Shown here piece after piece: positions 22,148-35,398 of a stretch of DNA of 64,000 bases. The notes under the pieces were generated by a model. It did no database searches. It saw nothing but the letters and a program-made list of their open reading frames with translations, and was not told where the DNA came from. This DNA comes from Eremomyces bilateralis CBS 781.70 (Eukaryota), in assembly GCA_010015585.1 (NCBI GenBank), contig ML975154.1; one strand, 5' to 3'. Each line of letters starts with the position of its first letter. Position 1 is the first letter of the stretch. A program made the position numbers and the translations under genes.

Positions 22148-24393
22148 ATGGACATGGCTCCAGTCCGCCCGCCTCCCGCCATCACCACCGCCAACAATTC
22201 CCTCCCTCGCGGACGCGCGCCCAAAGACCCCAATGCGCAGACCTTCACGTTCCAATGCAACGCCCTCGCCGACCTAGAGAACACCCTGCGAGCATACCTC
22301 TCCCATCCGCCGGGCCAGCCGGAGCACAGCACCTGCGAATTGACTGTGTACGGCACCGCGTCGTTCGACGTGCATCTCTCGCGGAACGCCCACTTCCAGC
22401 CGGGCCCGGTTGCCGACAACTTCGACGCGAGCATCACCATGCAGGATGCCCTCGACGCGAATCAGCACCCCACCGAGGCCATGAACAAGCAGAGGGCCAT
22501 TGCGAAGGCCTGCGTGGAGGCGGTGCAGCGTGTGGATGGGTTTCGGTATAGCTTCCATAACAAATGGAAGAGCGGGGAGGACAACGCGCATCGCTTTTCG
22601 TATTACTGTAATGATTCATTTCTCAATAAGGATCGCGTCGCGAATGGTAAGGCCGGTACGCAAGGTACGTGTTGTGACATGATCCGTATTGGAACATGGT
22701 TTTACTAATCCAAGCTGCAGGAAAAAGAGCGACCAAGCCGGTCTATGACTGTAAAGGAGTGTTGGCGGTCAAGTTCTCGTCCGCCCAACAAAGTCTTACG
22801 GTGGTATATCGACATATTCCATTACACGAAACCTATGAAGAACGCGCTCCGATCCCCCGGAAAGATTCGAAGAGGCGGACGGTATGGGAACAGAAGAACC
22901 CCGAGAAGTATGTGTGTTCTCACAATATTTCGAACCCTACTTACTAATTTATAGTAGGGTACGCGGCGGCACACTTCCTCGACAATCCACCGGAGGAGCA
23001 GTCGAAGTCAATGGTGAGAACCACTCGGAAGTCCGCGCGGCGAAGAAGCGAAAACGAAACACCATCGCCGCGTCCAAGCCATCTAGTACCGCCGAAGCCG
23101 ATCTTCGACAAGAGAGCCTCTACTCCCTCCTCGAACTGATCCGCACCGACAAGGACGAAGTCCCCGGTACGCCGTCTCAAGAGAAGGAGCAGATTCCCCC
23201 CCCTACCTCCGACAACCCGAACGGCAACCCTAACCCCAACCCGACGAACAACTTCGATCCCGTTCTCCAGGCGCAAGCCTCCAATCGGATCGTCTTCGTC
23301 GACGGGGACAAGTCGAAACGACCAAAGATCAGCTGCGGCGTCTGTCGAGGGAAGAAGAGTCGCTGCGACGGCGCCCGCCCCACCTGCGGTCCCTGTGCAA
23401 AGCGATCCCTCGCCTGCCATTACTCCGACCCTCCATCCGACCACCCCCCCCAACCCGTCCACAACGGCCACCCTCCCGTCCACACCCCGCACACCCCCTC
23501 CTTCGCCCAAGGTCAAGCCCACACCCACGCGCAAGTGCAAGCCCAAGTGCAAGCTCAAGTGCAAGCTCAACAAGCCCAACTCACCACCACGACGCAAGAA
23601 AACCAAGACCTTAAATCCGCCCTCCAAGACCTCCGCAACGAGATGAAATCCCTCCAAGAACAGCTCTCCACCTCCCAAGACAAAATCAAGCAACTCGAAA
23701 CCGACAAGTCCAACTCCCAGGCCGAATCCGCCGCCGCCCAAGCCGCTGCGCAACAAGCCGCGCAGGCCCAAGCCCAGGCCCAGGCTCAGGCCCAAGCCCA
23801 AGCCCAAGCCCAGGCCCAAGCCGCCCAGCGCGAACGCACCCGCACCCCCCAACAACCCCAACAATTCCCACAATCCGTCCCCCGCACCCAACAACATCAA
23901 CCCCAACGCCAACCCCCGCCGCAGTTTTCCCAGCAATTCTCCGCCCAGGCCGTCGACGCTAGCCACTCCGGCCACGGGAACCACGGGGTTAATAACGTCG
24001 CGCCGGTGGCGGGGCATGGGGTGGGTGCGGTGGGGGCCCATGGGGTGAGTGGGGTGGGGAGCGGGCACGGGGTGAATGGGGCCCATCGGCAGCCATTTGG
24101 GTCGGCGGCGGGGGTGGGAACGCAAGCGCCGGGGGGACAGGCGTATGGGGGGGCGTATAACGCGGGTGTTGGGCAGAGTAAGTTCCTCCCCGCTCTCTTT
24201 CCATTCCCCCTGATTTCTTTGATAACCTGATTACTGACGTGTGATGTGGGCAGACGCCGCGCAGGTGCGGGGCGATATATACGGGCAGCAGATGCGGTGG
24301 CAGAGCTCGTATGGGTATCCGGCGCCGACGCCGCAGAACGGAGATCCGAATATGTGGAATTCGTCAAGGATGAATCATTCGATGATGCGGTGA
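22148..24393 (+). CDS. Zn2Cys6 transcription factor with N-terminal WRKY/FAR1-like C2H2 domain, coiled coil and QA repeats
   Basis: Exons 22148-22664, 22721-22907, 22958-24177, 24254-24393. Zn cluster CGVCRGKKSRCDGARPTCGPCAKRSLAC, NLS KKRKR, (QA)n tracts. Confidence 0.85.
23740..23830 (+). repeat. Coding hexanucleotide repeat (Gln-Ala)n
   Basis: caggcccaagcccaggcccaggctcaggcccaagcc... encodes QAQAQAQAQAQAQAQAQAA. Confidence 0.85.
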
Positions 24394-25041
24394 GTCTAGG
24401 AGGACGAGGGAGAAGGGGAATCTCACGACTTCATGATATGAGCTCGACGACGGCGGATCGATATCCGGAAGACTGGGTGCTATTGGGCGGAATCCGGTGG
24501 GCTTGTTTGGTTCGTGTATTTGTTTTTCGTATTGGTATGATATCCCCTTTCGTTCGCTACATGGAGGATTGGGTCGGATACAGATGCTTTGACCGGGCGA
24601 TTATTATTCCTGCTCGGCGTCTCGAGCGGTACTTTCTCTCTGGACGGGGTTTTGTTTTCAGGGGCAAGAGCGGGATTTTTTCATGAATGAGTGGCCATAC
24701 CATACCGCACGACGGATAAACGATTTACGGCTGACTGTGTTCATCTGGTGCTGCTGTTTTTTACCGCTTCTCGAGTAACATCGAGTCGAAACTGGGATGG
24801 GTCGAAAGGGACGTATATATGTTGGCGAAGCACTTTTGTAATTCACGGAAGATTGGGGATTGCGAGATTCATTGTTTTGAGAATCAGAATTTGATCTGAT
24901 CGGTGGCTTTGAGGGCCGGATATGACTTGTACCTGTTGCGCCATTGTTTAGCCATGTTCGGGTATGCCACTGAAATCCCAGAACCCAAACCAGTAACGCC
25001 ATCGTATGCAACTCCATTTCCAACTTCGATCGGCCATCCCC

Positions 25042-25734
25042 TCACTTTCGCTTATGCGAATAATCCCTCAGAATCCCTATCATATGCGTATTCGTCTGCC
25101 GCCCCCCCCTCGCCGCCTTCCTCTTCCTCTCCCGCGGCGCCACCACCTGCACCACCTTCTTCGCCGTCGTCGGCTTCAACCCTGCCGCTTCCAACTTCTC
25201 CCGCACCTCCTCCCCGTTCGCCGGCAACTTCACCGCGTCCCACATCCCCCGAAACGCCTCGTCCACCGGATGCCGCAGGCTCGCGTCGTCCAACCACACC
25301 TTCTTCGGCGCGTTGTCTTTCTTGTTGCGCACGACTAGCACCGCACCCTGGGCTGCCAGCGACTCGATCGCCGCCGGCGCGCCCGGCCACCCGTCTTTCA
25401 GATCTTTGACCAAGATGCCAACGGCGGTGGACTGTTTCTGGAGGAGGGCGAGCAGCTGCTCCTGGGAGCGGACGCCGTATTTGGAGCGGAACTCAAAGGA
25501 ACCCTTGCCGGCGAGGCCGTCGCGGGAGTAGAGGACGCGGGGGTCCTCAAGGAGGGCGCGGCGGAGGGCACCGCGGAGTTGGCGGAGGTCGTCAGAGTGG
25601 TCGAGGGAGAGGTAGGCGACGATGGAGTCGAAGGTGAGGGGGCGGTCTTTTTCTTTGAGGTAGTCGATGGCGTAGGCGACGTTCATGAAGAGGCGGGAGC
25701 CGAGGGTGGCGGCGGAGGAGGTGAGTTGGGCCAT
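25042..25734 (-). CDS. TFA2: Transcription initiation factor TFIIE beta subunit
   Basis: YAIDYLKEKDRPLTFDSI...FEFRSKYGVRSQEQLL...GILVKDLKDGWP...RNKKDNAPKKVW...VDEAFRGMW...TNTHMIGILRDYS matches Tfa2. ATG at 25734. Confidence 0.93.
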   Translation of the reverse strand: MAQLTSSAATLGSRLFMNVAYAIDYLKEKDRPLTFDSIVAYLSLDHSDDLRQLRGALRRALLEDPRVLYSRDGLAGKGSFEFRSKYGVRSQEQLLALLQKQSTAVGILVKDLKDGWPGAPAAIESLAAQGAVLVVRNKKDNAPKKVWLDDASLRHPVDEAFRGMWDAVKLPANGEEVREKLEAAGLKPTTAKKVVQVVAPRERKRKAARGGRQTNTHMIGILRDYSHKRK

Positions 25735-25963
25735 GGCGATGGGAGGAAGGGTTGATAGAGGGGTGAGTCCGCCGGGGAGATGGATTCTTAGGAGTGAGAA
25801 GGCATGGATTGGATTCAGCCGGCTCAAGGGAGGGCCAATATTGAAATTTGAGAGATGAGAATTTATGGGAGATGTATTGGGAACAGAGAAGTCCCAAGTC
25901 CTCGAACAAAGAGTCAAGAATCAAGTGATGGAGGACGAAGGGAGTTGAAGTTAATTGAAGTGA

Positions 25964-25975
25964 GATCACGTGATC
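25964..25975. promoter_or_regulatory. Palindromic E-box GATCACGTGATC (Cbf1/bHLH-type) in the TFA2/MLP1 divergent promoter
   Basis: Perfect 12-bp palindrome containing TCACGTGA, roughly midway between the divergent ATGs at 25734 and 26193. Confidence 0.55.
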
Positions 25976-26192
25976 CTCTTTGAGCTTCTTCCTCTCCTAA
26001 GCTCAAGTGACCGCATTCGTTGATTTCGTTCATTCATCAACTGCACCACTCACCACCGCAACACTTAGAAGTTTACTTCATTTCTCCCTTCTCCACATTC
26101 ATTTCGCCCTTTCTTATAATCAAATCCTCCATTCAACCCCTCCCGAACATGGTATAACAATCAGGCACTTGCTTTTCACTTCCACAGCAGTC

Positions 26193-29100
26193 ATGGCGGC
26201 GGCTGTGGTGGACATCCCCTACATCGCCGCGTCTTTCCAAGTCCCGGAGCCAACCCTTCAATCCCTTTTGGAGAACCCGACGGCCGACCTAGTGGCATCA
26301 TTGCTCAACCAGATTCAGAGCAGAGCGCGTGAATATGATGCTCTCAAGTCCGAGAAGCTGAGGTCGGAGGTGGAGTTGGAGAATGCCATTCGGAGCGGCG
26401 AGACGCGCGCAAAGTCGCTGAAGGCTTCGGTGGATAAGACATTGAAAGATGTGGAGGAACTCAGGAACCAGTTGAATGAGGAGCGTACGTGTTTGGGATT
26501 TTCGTGGTGTTTAAGGCTTGCTCGAAACTAAATATGGGGATAGAAAACAAACGCGCCGCAATCGAGTCGGAGTACGAAAAGTTCAAGGTCTCGAACTCGT
26601 CATCGGATTCGAAGATCCAGATCCTCGAGTCCCAAATCGAGTCGCTGAAAGCATCCAAAACCGAGACCGCCTCTGTCCTCGAGTCGAAATCGACGGCATA
26701 TGACAAGCTCGCCGAAGAACTCACGGGGCAGCAACAAAAGGTTGTCGCGCTGAGACGAGAGGTATCCGCGCTGGAAGAGAAGATCCAATCCGCCGAAAAC
26801 GCCGCGATCAGCACCAAGTTCCGCGAACAGTCCCTGCAGCAGGAAGTGGGCCTCCTCAAGAAGAACAACGAATACTACGACAGCGAACTCAAGACCCGCG
26901 CGGCCGAACACAGCAAATTCCGAAAAGAGAAGGGCGCACGCATTGCAGAGCTTCAACGGGAGCGAGATGAAACCTCGCAACAACTCGATTCGTTGAGGCA
27001 CATCGAGAAGACGCTCCGAAATCAGCTGGATGAGATCACGCGGAAGGCGGAAGATGCTTTCTCGAAGATCCAGCAGCTGCAAGAGGCCGAGACCAAGGCG
27101 GAGGAATCGTTCCGGGTGGAGTTGGAGACCGTGAAACGCATGGCCGAGCTACATCGTCAACGCGCGGAGACGGACCGGAAACAGCTACAGCACGTCCAAG
27201 CAAGTTTTGAGAAAACCAAGGAAGATGCGGCCGATGAGATTGGACAACTGCAGTCGGAGTTGGACACCGAGCGAACCGAGAAAGAGGGGGCAGAGGAAAA
27301 GATCGCAGAGCTGGAGGAGCAGATCGAACATCTCCAATCCGAAGTTCGCCCACCGCCGTCCGCAAGATCTATTCCTGGTACGCCTCGTCGTTCGATGAAT
27401 GGCTTGTTTGAAATGGGGACCCCGCGCGGAGGTTCTCCTGGAAGCGCTCGCGGCAAGGGTGGTCTGACACTCACCCAAGTTTACAACGACTACTCCAAAG
27501 TTAAGGCAGAGCTTGACGGCGAACGCCGACAGAGTCAAAAACTGCGTACCGATATGGACGAGATGATCAACGCGTTGGAGAATAAGCAGCCAGAGATGGA
27601 CGAGGTGCGGATCGAGAATGATCGCAACAAGGCTGAGCTCGCGTCGATGAGTACCTTGCTCGACGAAACGAGGAAGGACCGGGAGAAATTCAAGAAGGAG
27701 GCACGGAAATGGCAGGGTCAAGTCGAAGGTCTTAACAAGGAGAGCGATCTATTACGACAGCAACTACGCGATTTGAGCTCCCAAGTCAAAATTCTTCTGG
27801 TCGAGGTTCAAGCGCGCGACCAAGGCCTCGAGAATCTCAGCGCCGCCGAGCAGCTTCAATTCGAACGTATCGCTCGCGGAGTCGTCGACGAAAAGGCTCT
27901 CGAAGGCATGACGGACACGGGTCGCTTCATCAGCCAACGCCTGGTCTTGTTCCGGAACACTGCGGAGCTGCAAGAACAGAACGAGAAGCTTTTGAACCTG
28001 ACCCGGAAGCTTGGTGAGGAAATGGAAGGCGAGGAGGCGAAGGCGAAGAGGAATCAAGAAGAGAAGGATCGCCATGAGTTAGAGCAGTTGCGCGAGAGGG
28101 TGGAACGACATCAGGACGAGATGAAGGGAATGGTCATTCGTTCGGAAAGCTACATCCGTGAACGAGACATGTTCAGGCGGATGCTTGCTCATCGTGGGCA
28201 ACTACCTGCTGGATCGGACATGGCATCCCTATTCGGACAATCGGTCAACGATGGCATGGCCCCGTCAACCCCCCCCCCAGGTGGTATGGATGGTTCGCAG
28301 GCTCAGACGCCGCAGTCTCGAGACATTTCCGACTACACCAAGCTCCTCAAAGAACTCCAGAGCCACTTCGACAGCTACCGACAAGAAGCGCATACCGACC
28401 ACCAGTCGATGCGAGAACAGATCGACCGGCTGGGCAAGGAGAAGAGCGAATTGCACGCAGAGAATGCTCGGATCGGCAGTCAATTGACATTGGCCCACGA
28501 ACGGTACGAACTCCTTCAGAGCAACCTGAACATGATGAGAAACGAGAACTCGGAGATCCAGAAGCGTGCCCAGTCGGCGTCGGAGCTCGCAGCGAAACAA
28601 GAGCTACGGACTCAGCAGACTGCGGAGGAACTCATCGAATCCAAGTCGTTCACGGAGAGCATGCGGAACGAGCTGTCGAATTTGAAGGCGGAGCGGCAAC
28701 TCTGGAAGTCGATCGAGACGCGGTTGAGCGATGATAACCGTTCGTTGATGGACGAACGAAGCCGCCTAAACAAGATGCTCAGCGATCTGCAGAGCCTCCA
28801 GAACGAACGGGAATTGACCGACTCGGAGACGCGGAGACGATTACAGTCGCGGACCGAGGAGTTGGAGTCGGAGCTGTCAAGCAACAAGCGAAAACTTGAC
28901 GAGGAGATGGAGGAGTCGAAGAAGACGAACTTACGGCGCGAATACGAGCAAGAGCAGAGCCAGAAGCGGATCGAGGATCTCATCCGAAGCAATGGGTCGG
29001 TTCGCGAGGAGCTGGTTGCCGCGAAAACACAACGGGATCAGCTACAGGCTCGCGTCGATGAGATGAGGGTGGAACTCAAGAACGCCGAGGAGCGCGCTGC

Positions 29101-32100
29101 TGCACTCCAGCCCCGACCAACACCGCGTCCCGATCCTTCACAAGCGGACCCAGTCGACGACGATACCGCGACGTTGACAAGAGAGCAAGAATTGGGCGTC
29201 GAAGTGGCCAACCTAAAACGCGACATCTCACTCACCCAGTCGGAGCTCGAGCACGCCAAGGAAAATGTTGAGCAATACAAGGCCATCAGCCAGTCCGCCG
29301 AAGAGGAGATGCAGAATCTCAACGAGACGCACGATGAGTACCGTGAGGAAACTGACCGTCTCATCGCCGACAAAGACGCGAAGATTCAGGAGCTGGAGAC
29401 GCGTGTCAAGGAGATCTCGAATGAGCTCGCATCCACGAATTCCGAGCTTATCGAGCTCCGCGCGACGCAGGAGGAGGGCAGTAAACTCCTAAACGAGCAG
29501 AAGTCCCAACTGGAGGAGGAGGTCGCTCGATTGAAAGACGAGACGGACCGCGCTGTTACGACCGCGAAACTCTACCAAGAAGACGTCAAGGCGCAAGCCG
29601 AGATCGCTCAGCGCGCACAACAGAGTTATGAGGACGAATTGCTCAAGCATGCGGAGGCGGCGAAAGGGCTGCAGAAGGTACGGACGGAGTACAATGAGCT
29701 CAAGACAGAACTTGTCGGGGCTCGTTCAGAGGTTCAAGCGATGAAGGTTACCGCAGAGCAGAACCAGGAAAGCTGGACGGAGACGAAGGCGAGGTTTGAG
29801 CGCGAGGTGCTCGAGCTGAATACGCGACGGGACGACCTTGGCAATCAGAATCGGATCTTGCATCAACAGCTGGAGAACGTATCCGGGCAGATCGCCGCTC
29901 TCAAACAGTCGCGTGGCGAGGTCGCCGACGGCGAAGAGGCCTCCGCCCCGGAATTCGTCGCGGACAATCTGCAGGAAGTCATCAAGTACTTGCGACGCGA
30001 GAAGGAGATCGTCGACGTGCAATATGAACTCGCCCTCCAAGACCAGAAACGAATCAAACAGCAACTCGACCACGCACAGACCCAGCTCGAAGACACGCGG
30101 GAGAAGTTGGCTAAGGAACGCCAGAGCCAGACCGACCGCGAACAGGCCGCAATGAGCCACACCGAGCTCATGAAGACGATTAACGAGCTCAACCTCTTCC
30201 GCGAGAGCAACGCGTCCCTCCGCTCCGAAGCCCGCCAAGCCCAGGCCCAGGTGACCGAGAAGATGACCGAAATCGAGACCCTACGGGGCCGCCTCGAGCC
30301 GCTGGAGACGCGGCTACGCGAGGTGGAGAACGAGCTGGAAACGAAGAAGGGCGAACTGCAGCTCGCGGAGGAAGATCGGAACCGGTGGCAGACGCGCGCA
30401 CAGCAGATCCTGCAGAAATACGACCGCGTGGACCCGGCGGAGTTGGAGGGGTTGAAGACTCAGATTTCGGAGCTCACAACCGAGCGGGATGCGCTGAAGA
30501 CGGAGACGGAGGCGATGAAGCAGCAGGTGGATGCGATTCCGGCGCAGATCCAGGAGGCGCGGGAGGCGGAGCAGACGGCGGCGAACGAGCGGCGGAGCAA
30601 GTTGATTGAGCAGTCGAAGAACCGGGATCGGGACCGGAATGCGACGATCGCGCAGCTGAATACGCAGCTGGGGTCGCTAAGGGAGGAGCTGGAGGAGGTG
30701 AAGAAGGCGCGGGATGACGCGCTTGCTCATGCGTCGGGGGATGTTGCTATGCAAGATGCGGAGGCTGGGGAGGTTACCGAGCACCCTGCAGGATTGGCTA
30801 CTGAAGAGCGGTCACACCTCGAAGCACAGGTTAAGGAGGCGCAGACGAGCGCGTCGGAGCATGAGCAGAAGGCCACGACGCTATCTGCGGAACTCAATAC
30901 GCTTCAGGGCCGTGTGACAGAGCTTGAAGGGGAGATTGTGAGTATTCCCAACTCAATATTATCGCAGAAGCTAACCGCTGTCCAGCAAACTCTCAACGGC
31001 CAAGTGCAGGCCCATCTTTCTGAGATCGAGGACATTAAAGCAGCCGGGACCACGCAACCTACCGAATCAAGCGAGGAAGTACAGAGACTTCAGTCGGAAC
31101 TCACGACAGCTCGTATTGAGTTAGAAACTCTGAAAGCGAGTGTCAGCAGTGGAGAGAATGGCGAATCCAGCACCGCACCGGACTCCCAGATCGAAGAGCG
31201 AGTGTCGTCTCACCTCAAGTCTCTTGACGAACAGCATGCCACCAAGACACAGGCCTTGGAGGAGCAATTCAAGAAGCGCACCGACAACATGAAGACACAG
31301 TTGAGCGAGAAACTGAAGCAAGCGCGTGAGAAGATTCGGATGGATTATGAGGAAAAAGAAAAGCTGCTCAAGGCGGAGTTAGAGCAGGAAATTGCTCGGT
31401 TAAGACAGGAGATCGAGCGCCTGGAGCAGGAGAACCAGAAGCTCAAGCAGGATATCGAGGGTCTCAACAGCGTACCTACAACGACTGCTCAAGATATCGC
31501 AGTCCCCTCAGAGGCGCCTACGCAACCATCTGCCATGGACACATCGATATTGTCGCCTGGTCCCATCAGATCCGACCCGAACCAACTCCCGGAAGGCCCC
31601 CGCCTCCCACAATCCGAAAAGGAAATCAAAGACTTCATCGCCAGCAACCCGGTGGTCAAGAGCATCCTCCAACGCAACATCGTCGCGAGAGTCAACCAAG
31701 AAAAGGAGAAGCTCGGCAAGGAGAGCGAGGACCAGCTCACCAAAGTCAAGACGGAGTATGAGCAGAAAATGCAGACTACAAAGGACCAGGCCGTGCTCAT
31801 GGAGGGCAAACGCTACATGGTCAAGCTAAACATGACCGAGAACCGGCTGCGCATCGCGACGTTCAAGGTCGAGTTGGTAGAGATCGCGGCCAAGGAGACG
31901 CCTCAGAAGGCGGTCGTGGAGGTGTGGGAGATTGTGAAGGCCGCGAGGCCGCCCGCTGCCACGCAACCTGGTGCTGCAGCCATTCAACTTCCGGCAAAGC
32001 CCGCACAGCCATCCCAACCTACTTTAACCACTTTACCAACCCCTCCAACGCTGCCACAAGCACCGTCCGCGCCAGTCACCCCTGCCCAACCTTCCGAACC

Positions 32101-32641
32101 ACCGAAGGATTCGGTCAACGGCCATACAGCATCATCCACCGATACCCCCGCTGCCGTCGAGCCGACACAGCCGGCGCCTCCAACCACGACCCAAGAACCA
32201 CAACCGATCCAACAACCGCAACCGGCCCAACAACCACAACCGGCCCAACAACCACAACCGACCCAACAACCAGCCCAAGCTCGGCAAAGCTTCGGCACCG
32301 GCCCCCAAGCCCTCCGCGGCCTCGCCTCCCAACTTCCCCGCGCAGGTGGCGCCGCCACTCGCGGGATTCCTCGCCCGGTGGGACGCGGCGGGATACCTAT
32401 GCCGGGGCAAGGCGGAGGACAACAAGCAGGGCAGGGCCGCGGAGGTGGACGGGGAAGAGGCGGACGTGCGTCGATGGGGCAGGGACAAGGAGGGCAAGGA
32501 CAGGGACAACAGGGAGGGAGTCCGAGGGGAGGGATGAATGCGGCAGCGAAGCAGTTTGTGCCGGGGATGAAGCGGCCGAGGGAGAGTGAGGGGGAGGGGG
32601 GAGGGATGAAGAGGCCTAGGGGAGGGGCAGGTGGGCAGTAA
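26193..32641 (+). CDS. MLP1: Nuclear basket nucleoporin Tpr/Mlp1 (long coiled coil)
   Basis: Exons 26193-26484, 26544-30937, 30986-32641. >2000-aa coiled coil with ISQRLVLFRNTAELQEQNEKLL, YEDELLKHAEAA, EVIKYLRREKEIVD, ELNLFRESNASLR, W..R.QQIL.KY; RGG/NLS tail. Confidence 0.93.
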
Positions 32642-32996
32642 GGGTTCAGTTCGGAGGTCGACGACATGCACGGTTCGGATTTTCATTTGTTGCGTGGAAT
32701 TACGGTGCTGGCTGGATGCTGGTGCAGCGATCGCAAAAAGGACTGGGTGGGGATTGTATGGTAGTAATATGCATTCTAGGGAGTCGGGGATGGTTGTCCT
32801 TGATAGTGGCTTGGTTTCAAGTGCGGTACAGGGACATAATTCATGAGATTCGACTCTCGAAGAACTTCAGGTTCGAGGTATTGCGAACATAGTAGCACGC
32901 TGATGATTCTGATGCGGCCATCACACACCTGCCATACGCTAAGACTCCATTCTCATCCTACCGTCTCCAACAAAGGGTATCAATCACGCCTCACAC

Positions 32997-33994
32997 CTAC
33001 TCCGGCCTAACCCTCCCCCTTCTCTCCCGCATCTCCCGTATCCGCCTCACATCCTCTTCAAACCCAACCTTCAACTCCCGATCCCTCTCCTTCCTCTTCT
33101 CCCGTGCCTGGAATCGGTAGAAGTCCGGCCCGATCTTCTTCTCCTTCTCGGCCGCGCGGTCCGCCGCCGCCTGCGCCGCCGCGCTGCTCGCTGGCCGGTG
33201 GTGGTGGGCGTGGCGTGTGACGGTGACGAAGCCGTCGGCGTCGGGGACGTTGTGGGTGCGAGCAGCGAGGCGGGTGCGGAGGGATTCGAGGCGCGTGAAG
33301 GTGGTGAGGTAGGTGTTGATGGAGGATTGGAGGTGGTGTTTGGTGGGGTGGGTGAGGTGGTGGTGGGAGAGGTAGCCTGTAGGTATCGATGTTAATATCT
33401 TGTAATGCGATCGGATGATGTGTACGTACGCTCAATCCCGCATGCCTGACTACTGTTCCACGTCAACTCCGGCGCATCCTTCCCCCCTTTCCAAATCGCC
33501 TTCGCAAGCCGACCGCTCGCTTTCAACGCCACGTCTTTGCTGCTTTTGTCCGCGAAGACGACCAGCGCACACGTCCCCCCGGGAAGCAGCTCATCTTCCC
33601 ACACCTCCGGCAACTGCGCCGTCTCCATCTTCGCCTCCAACTCTGCCTCCTCCACTTCCTCTCTCTTCCGCTTCACCCCCGCGTGCACGGGTGCCTCCGA
33701 CACCTCATGGCGCTGCTTCCATGCCTTGTCTTCGAACTCGACCCGCTGCACGGCGCCGCGGCCGCCGGCGATGCGTTTGAAGAGGTCGCGGATGGAGGAT
33801 TCGGAGGCATCAATTGGCACGTTAGAGACAAAGAGGGTGCGGGGGGTGTCGCGGTCCTCGATGCGCGGGTCGTGGGAGCGGAGGTAGAGGTGGTGGTGGA
33901 CTTTGTGGGGGTAGGCGGGCGTTGGGGGGAAGGTGATGGGGAGGATGGTGTAGCCGGCTCGCTCGTAGAGGGCGCCTCGATTATCGGAAGCCAT
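32997..33994 (-). CDS. RRP7: Ribosomal RNA-processing protein 7
   Basis: Exons 33994-33430 and 33376-32997. HHLYLRSH, RTLFVSNVPID, PDADGFVTV, DFYRFQAREKRK. Confidence 0.93.
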
Positions 33995-34293
33995 TTTGTG
34001 TGTTTTTCGGAACCCAAGCTCTTATATTTCCGTATTGTTTAGCATCCCGTGCATTGCATGCTCGTAATATTCGTAATATGTCGTGGACTGTCAATATGCG
34101 ATGGACGAAATTCACGAAATTTTGGCAGAACTACATTCGTGGTCCCTTTGGTCAGACGGAGCTTCTCCACCAGAAAGTTCACCAACGTCCATCCGCGACA
34201 CAAGAACTTATCTTATATCGTCGCGCTACGAAGAAGCCTAGAGAAATTGTTCTATGGCGAGCATGGTGGTGATGCAGACATGTATCCCGTAAT

Positions 34294-35134
34294 ATGGCGG
34301 CCCGTCAAGTTACTCGATTGGGCGGCCAAGCCCTGCGAAACGCCGTCCACCTGCACTTCTACCCCCGTCTACGGAAGCTGGACGAGAGTCGAGAAGTCGT
34401 GCGCATGTTGGAAACATATGGCCCGCTTCTCACGTTCAAGAATCTGAAGGTATGTGTCCTGAATTTGGATTTGAAGATATTGTTGCTAACACTGCTAGTA
34501 TGACTTCAATAACCCCCATCCCGGCTCCGCCCTCGCCATCTTCCACGACGCCGCTTCGGCCGCGCGCCTACTCAAAGATTCCCCCTTACGCTTCTCCCTG
34601 ATCCCCGCCGACGTCGCGCGATCATATTCATCCGTCGACGGCGAACTTAACATGGACTCCATCAGCAAAATCGACCCGTCTCGGCGCCTCGACGACTCCA
34701 AGCAGCGCTCCAACATGCCGTTCTACGATCTCGGACGGGACAAAAGCCCTAAACTCTTCGGTTTGCAGACATCGGTGGCGGAAATCACTCAAACGCAGGC
34801 TGCCGGTGTGGATGGGGAAGGGGACCCGACCTCTGTGCGCGTCGATACGCTAAACAACCCGTTTGAATACCGGCTGATCGCCGACGTTCCGACGATCAAG
34901 TATGATGGGTTGCTCCAGCGGTCGCCGTTCCATGGGCCGTTTCATCCGAATGTCGGGACGATCGAGTTCCTGGATTTGGTGGAAAATGTGCCGAATTATG
35001 GATTGGCGGAACTGTCGTTGAAACGGACGGAGACGACGCCAGGGATGCTGAAGAAACGGCAGGCGGCGGTGGAGTCGAGAGTGAGGCTTCGGAAACTCGT
35101 TGAGATGAGGGACGCAGGGATGGAGGTTGACTGA
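34294..35134 (+). CDS. Hypothetical protein (263 aa; RRM-like N-terminus possible)
   Basis: Exons 34294-34449 and 34499-35134 joined by a GTATGT...CTAAC...TAG intron, in frame. Divergent from RRP7 (~300 bp). Confidence 0.7.
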
Positions 35135-35398
35135 TTCGACGACAGTGAACTGAGCTCTGAACAATGGCATATAAGAGTATCTGCCGAGAATAATGGGGCC
35201 TATGGCAGTCGTCATTGGGGCTCCTGGCGCATGATAGGTGCATGCGAGCATCCAGATGTATCAAAACTTGGATTGGGATGATACCCAAGGAGAGTCATCG
35301 ACGGCAATCGGCGCACGATTTTATTTCGACTGTACCATAAACATCAAATTTCATTCAAAGAACCCCATCAGGAGTCGTCTCTATTCTGATCCACCAAA

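Noticed and set aside
22944..24125. 393-aa minus-strand ORF with GL repeats (and similar long G/P-rich ORFs such as 35537-36508, 47074-47910, 60960-61721)
   Set aside because: Antisense to real genes. They stay open because of the C/G skew and QA repeats, and show no protein motifs.
32200..32285. 18-bp repeats as a CRISPR-like array
   Set aside because: Spacerless coding repeats (QPAQQP) in the low-complexity Tpr tail of a eukaryotic gene.
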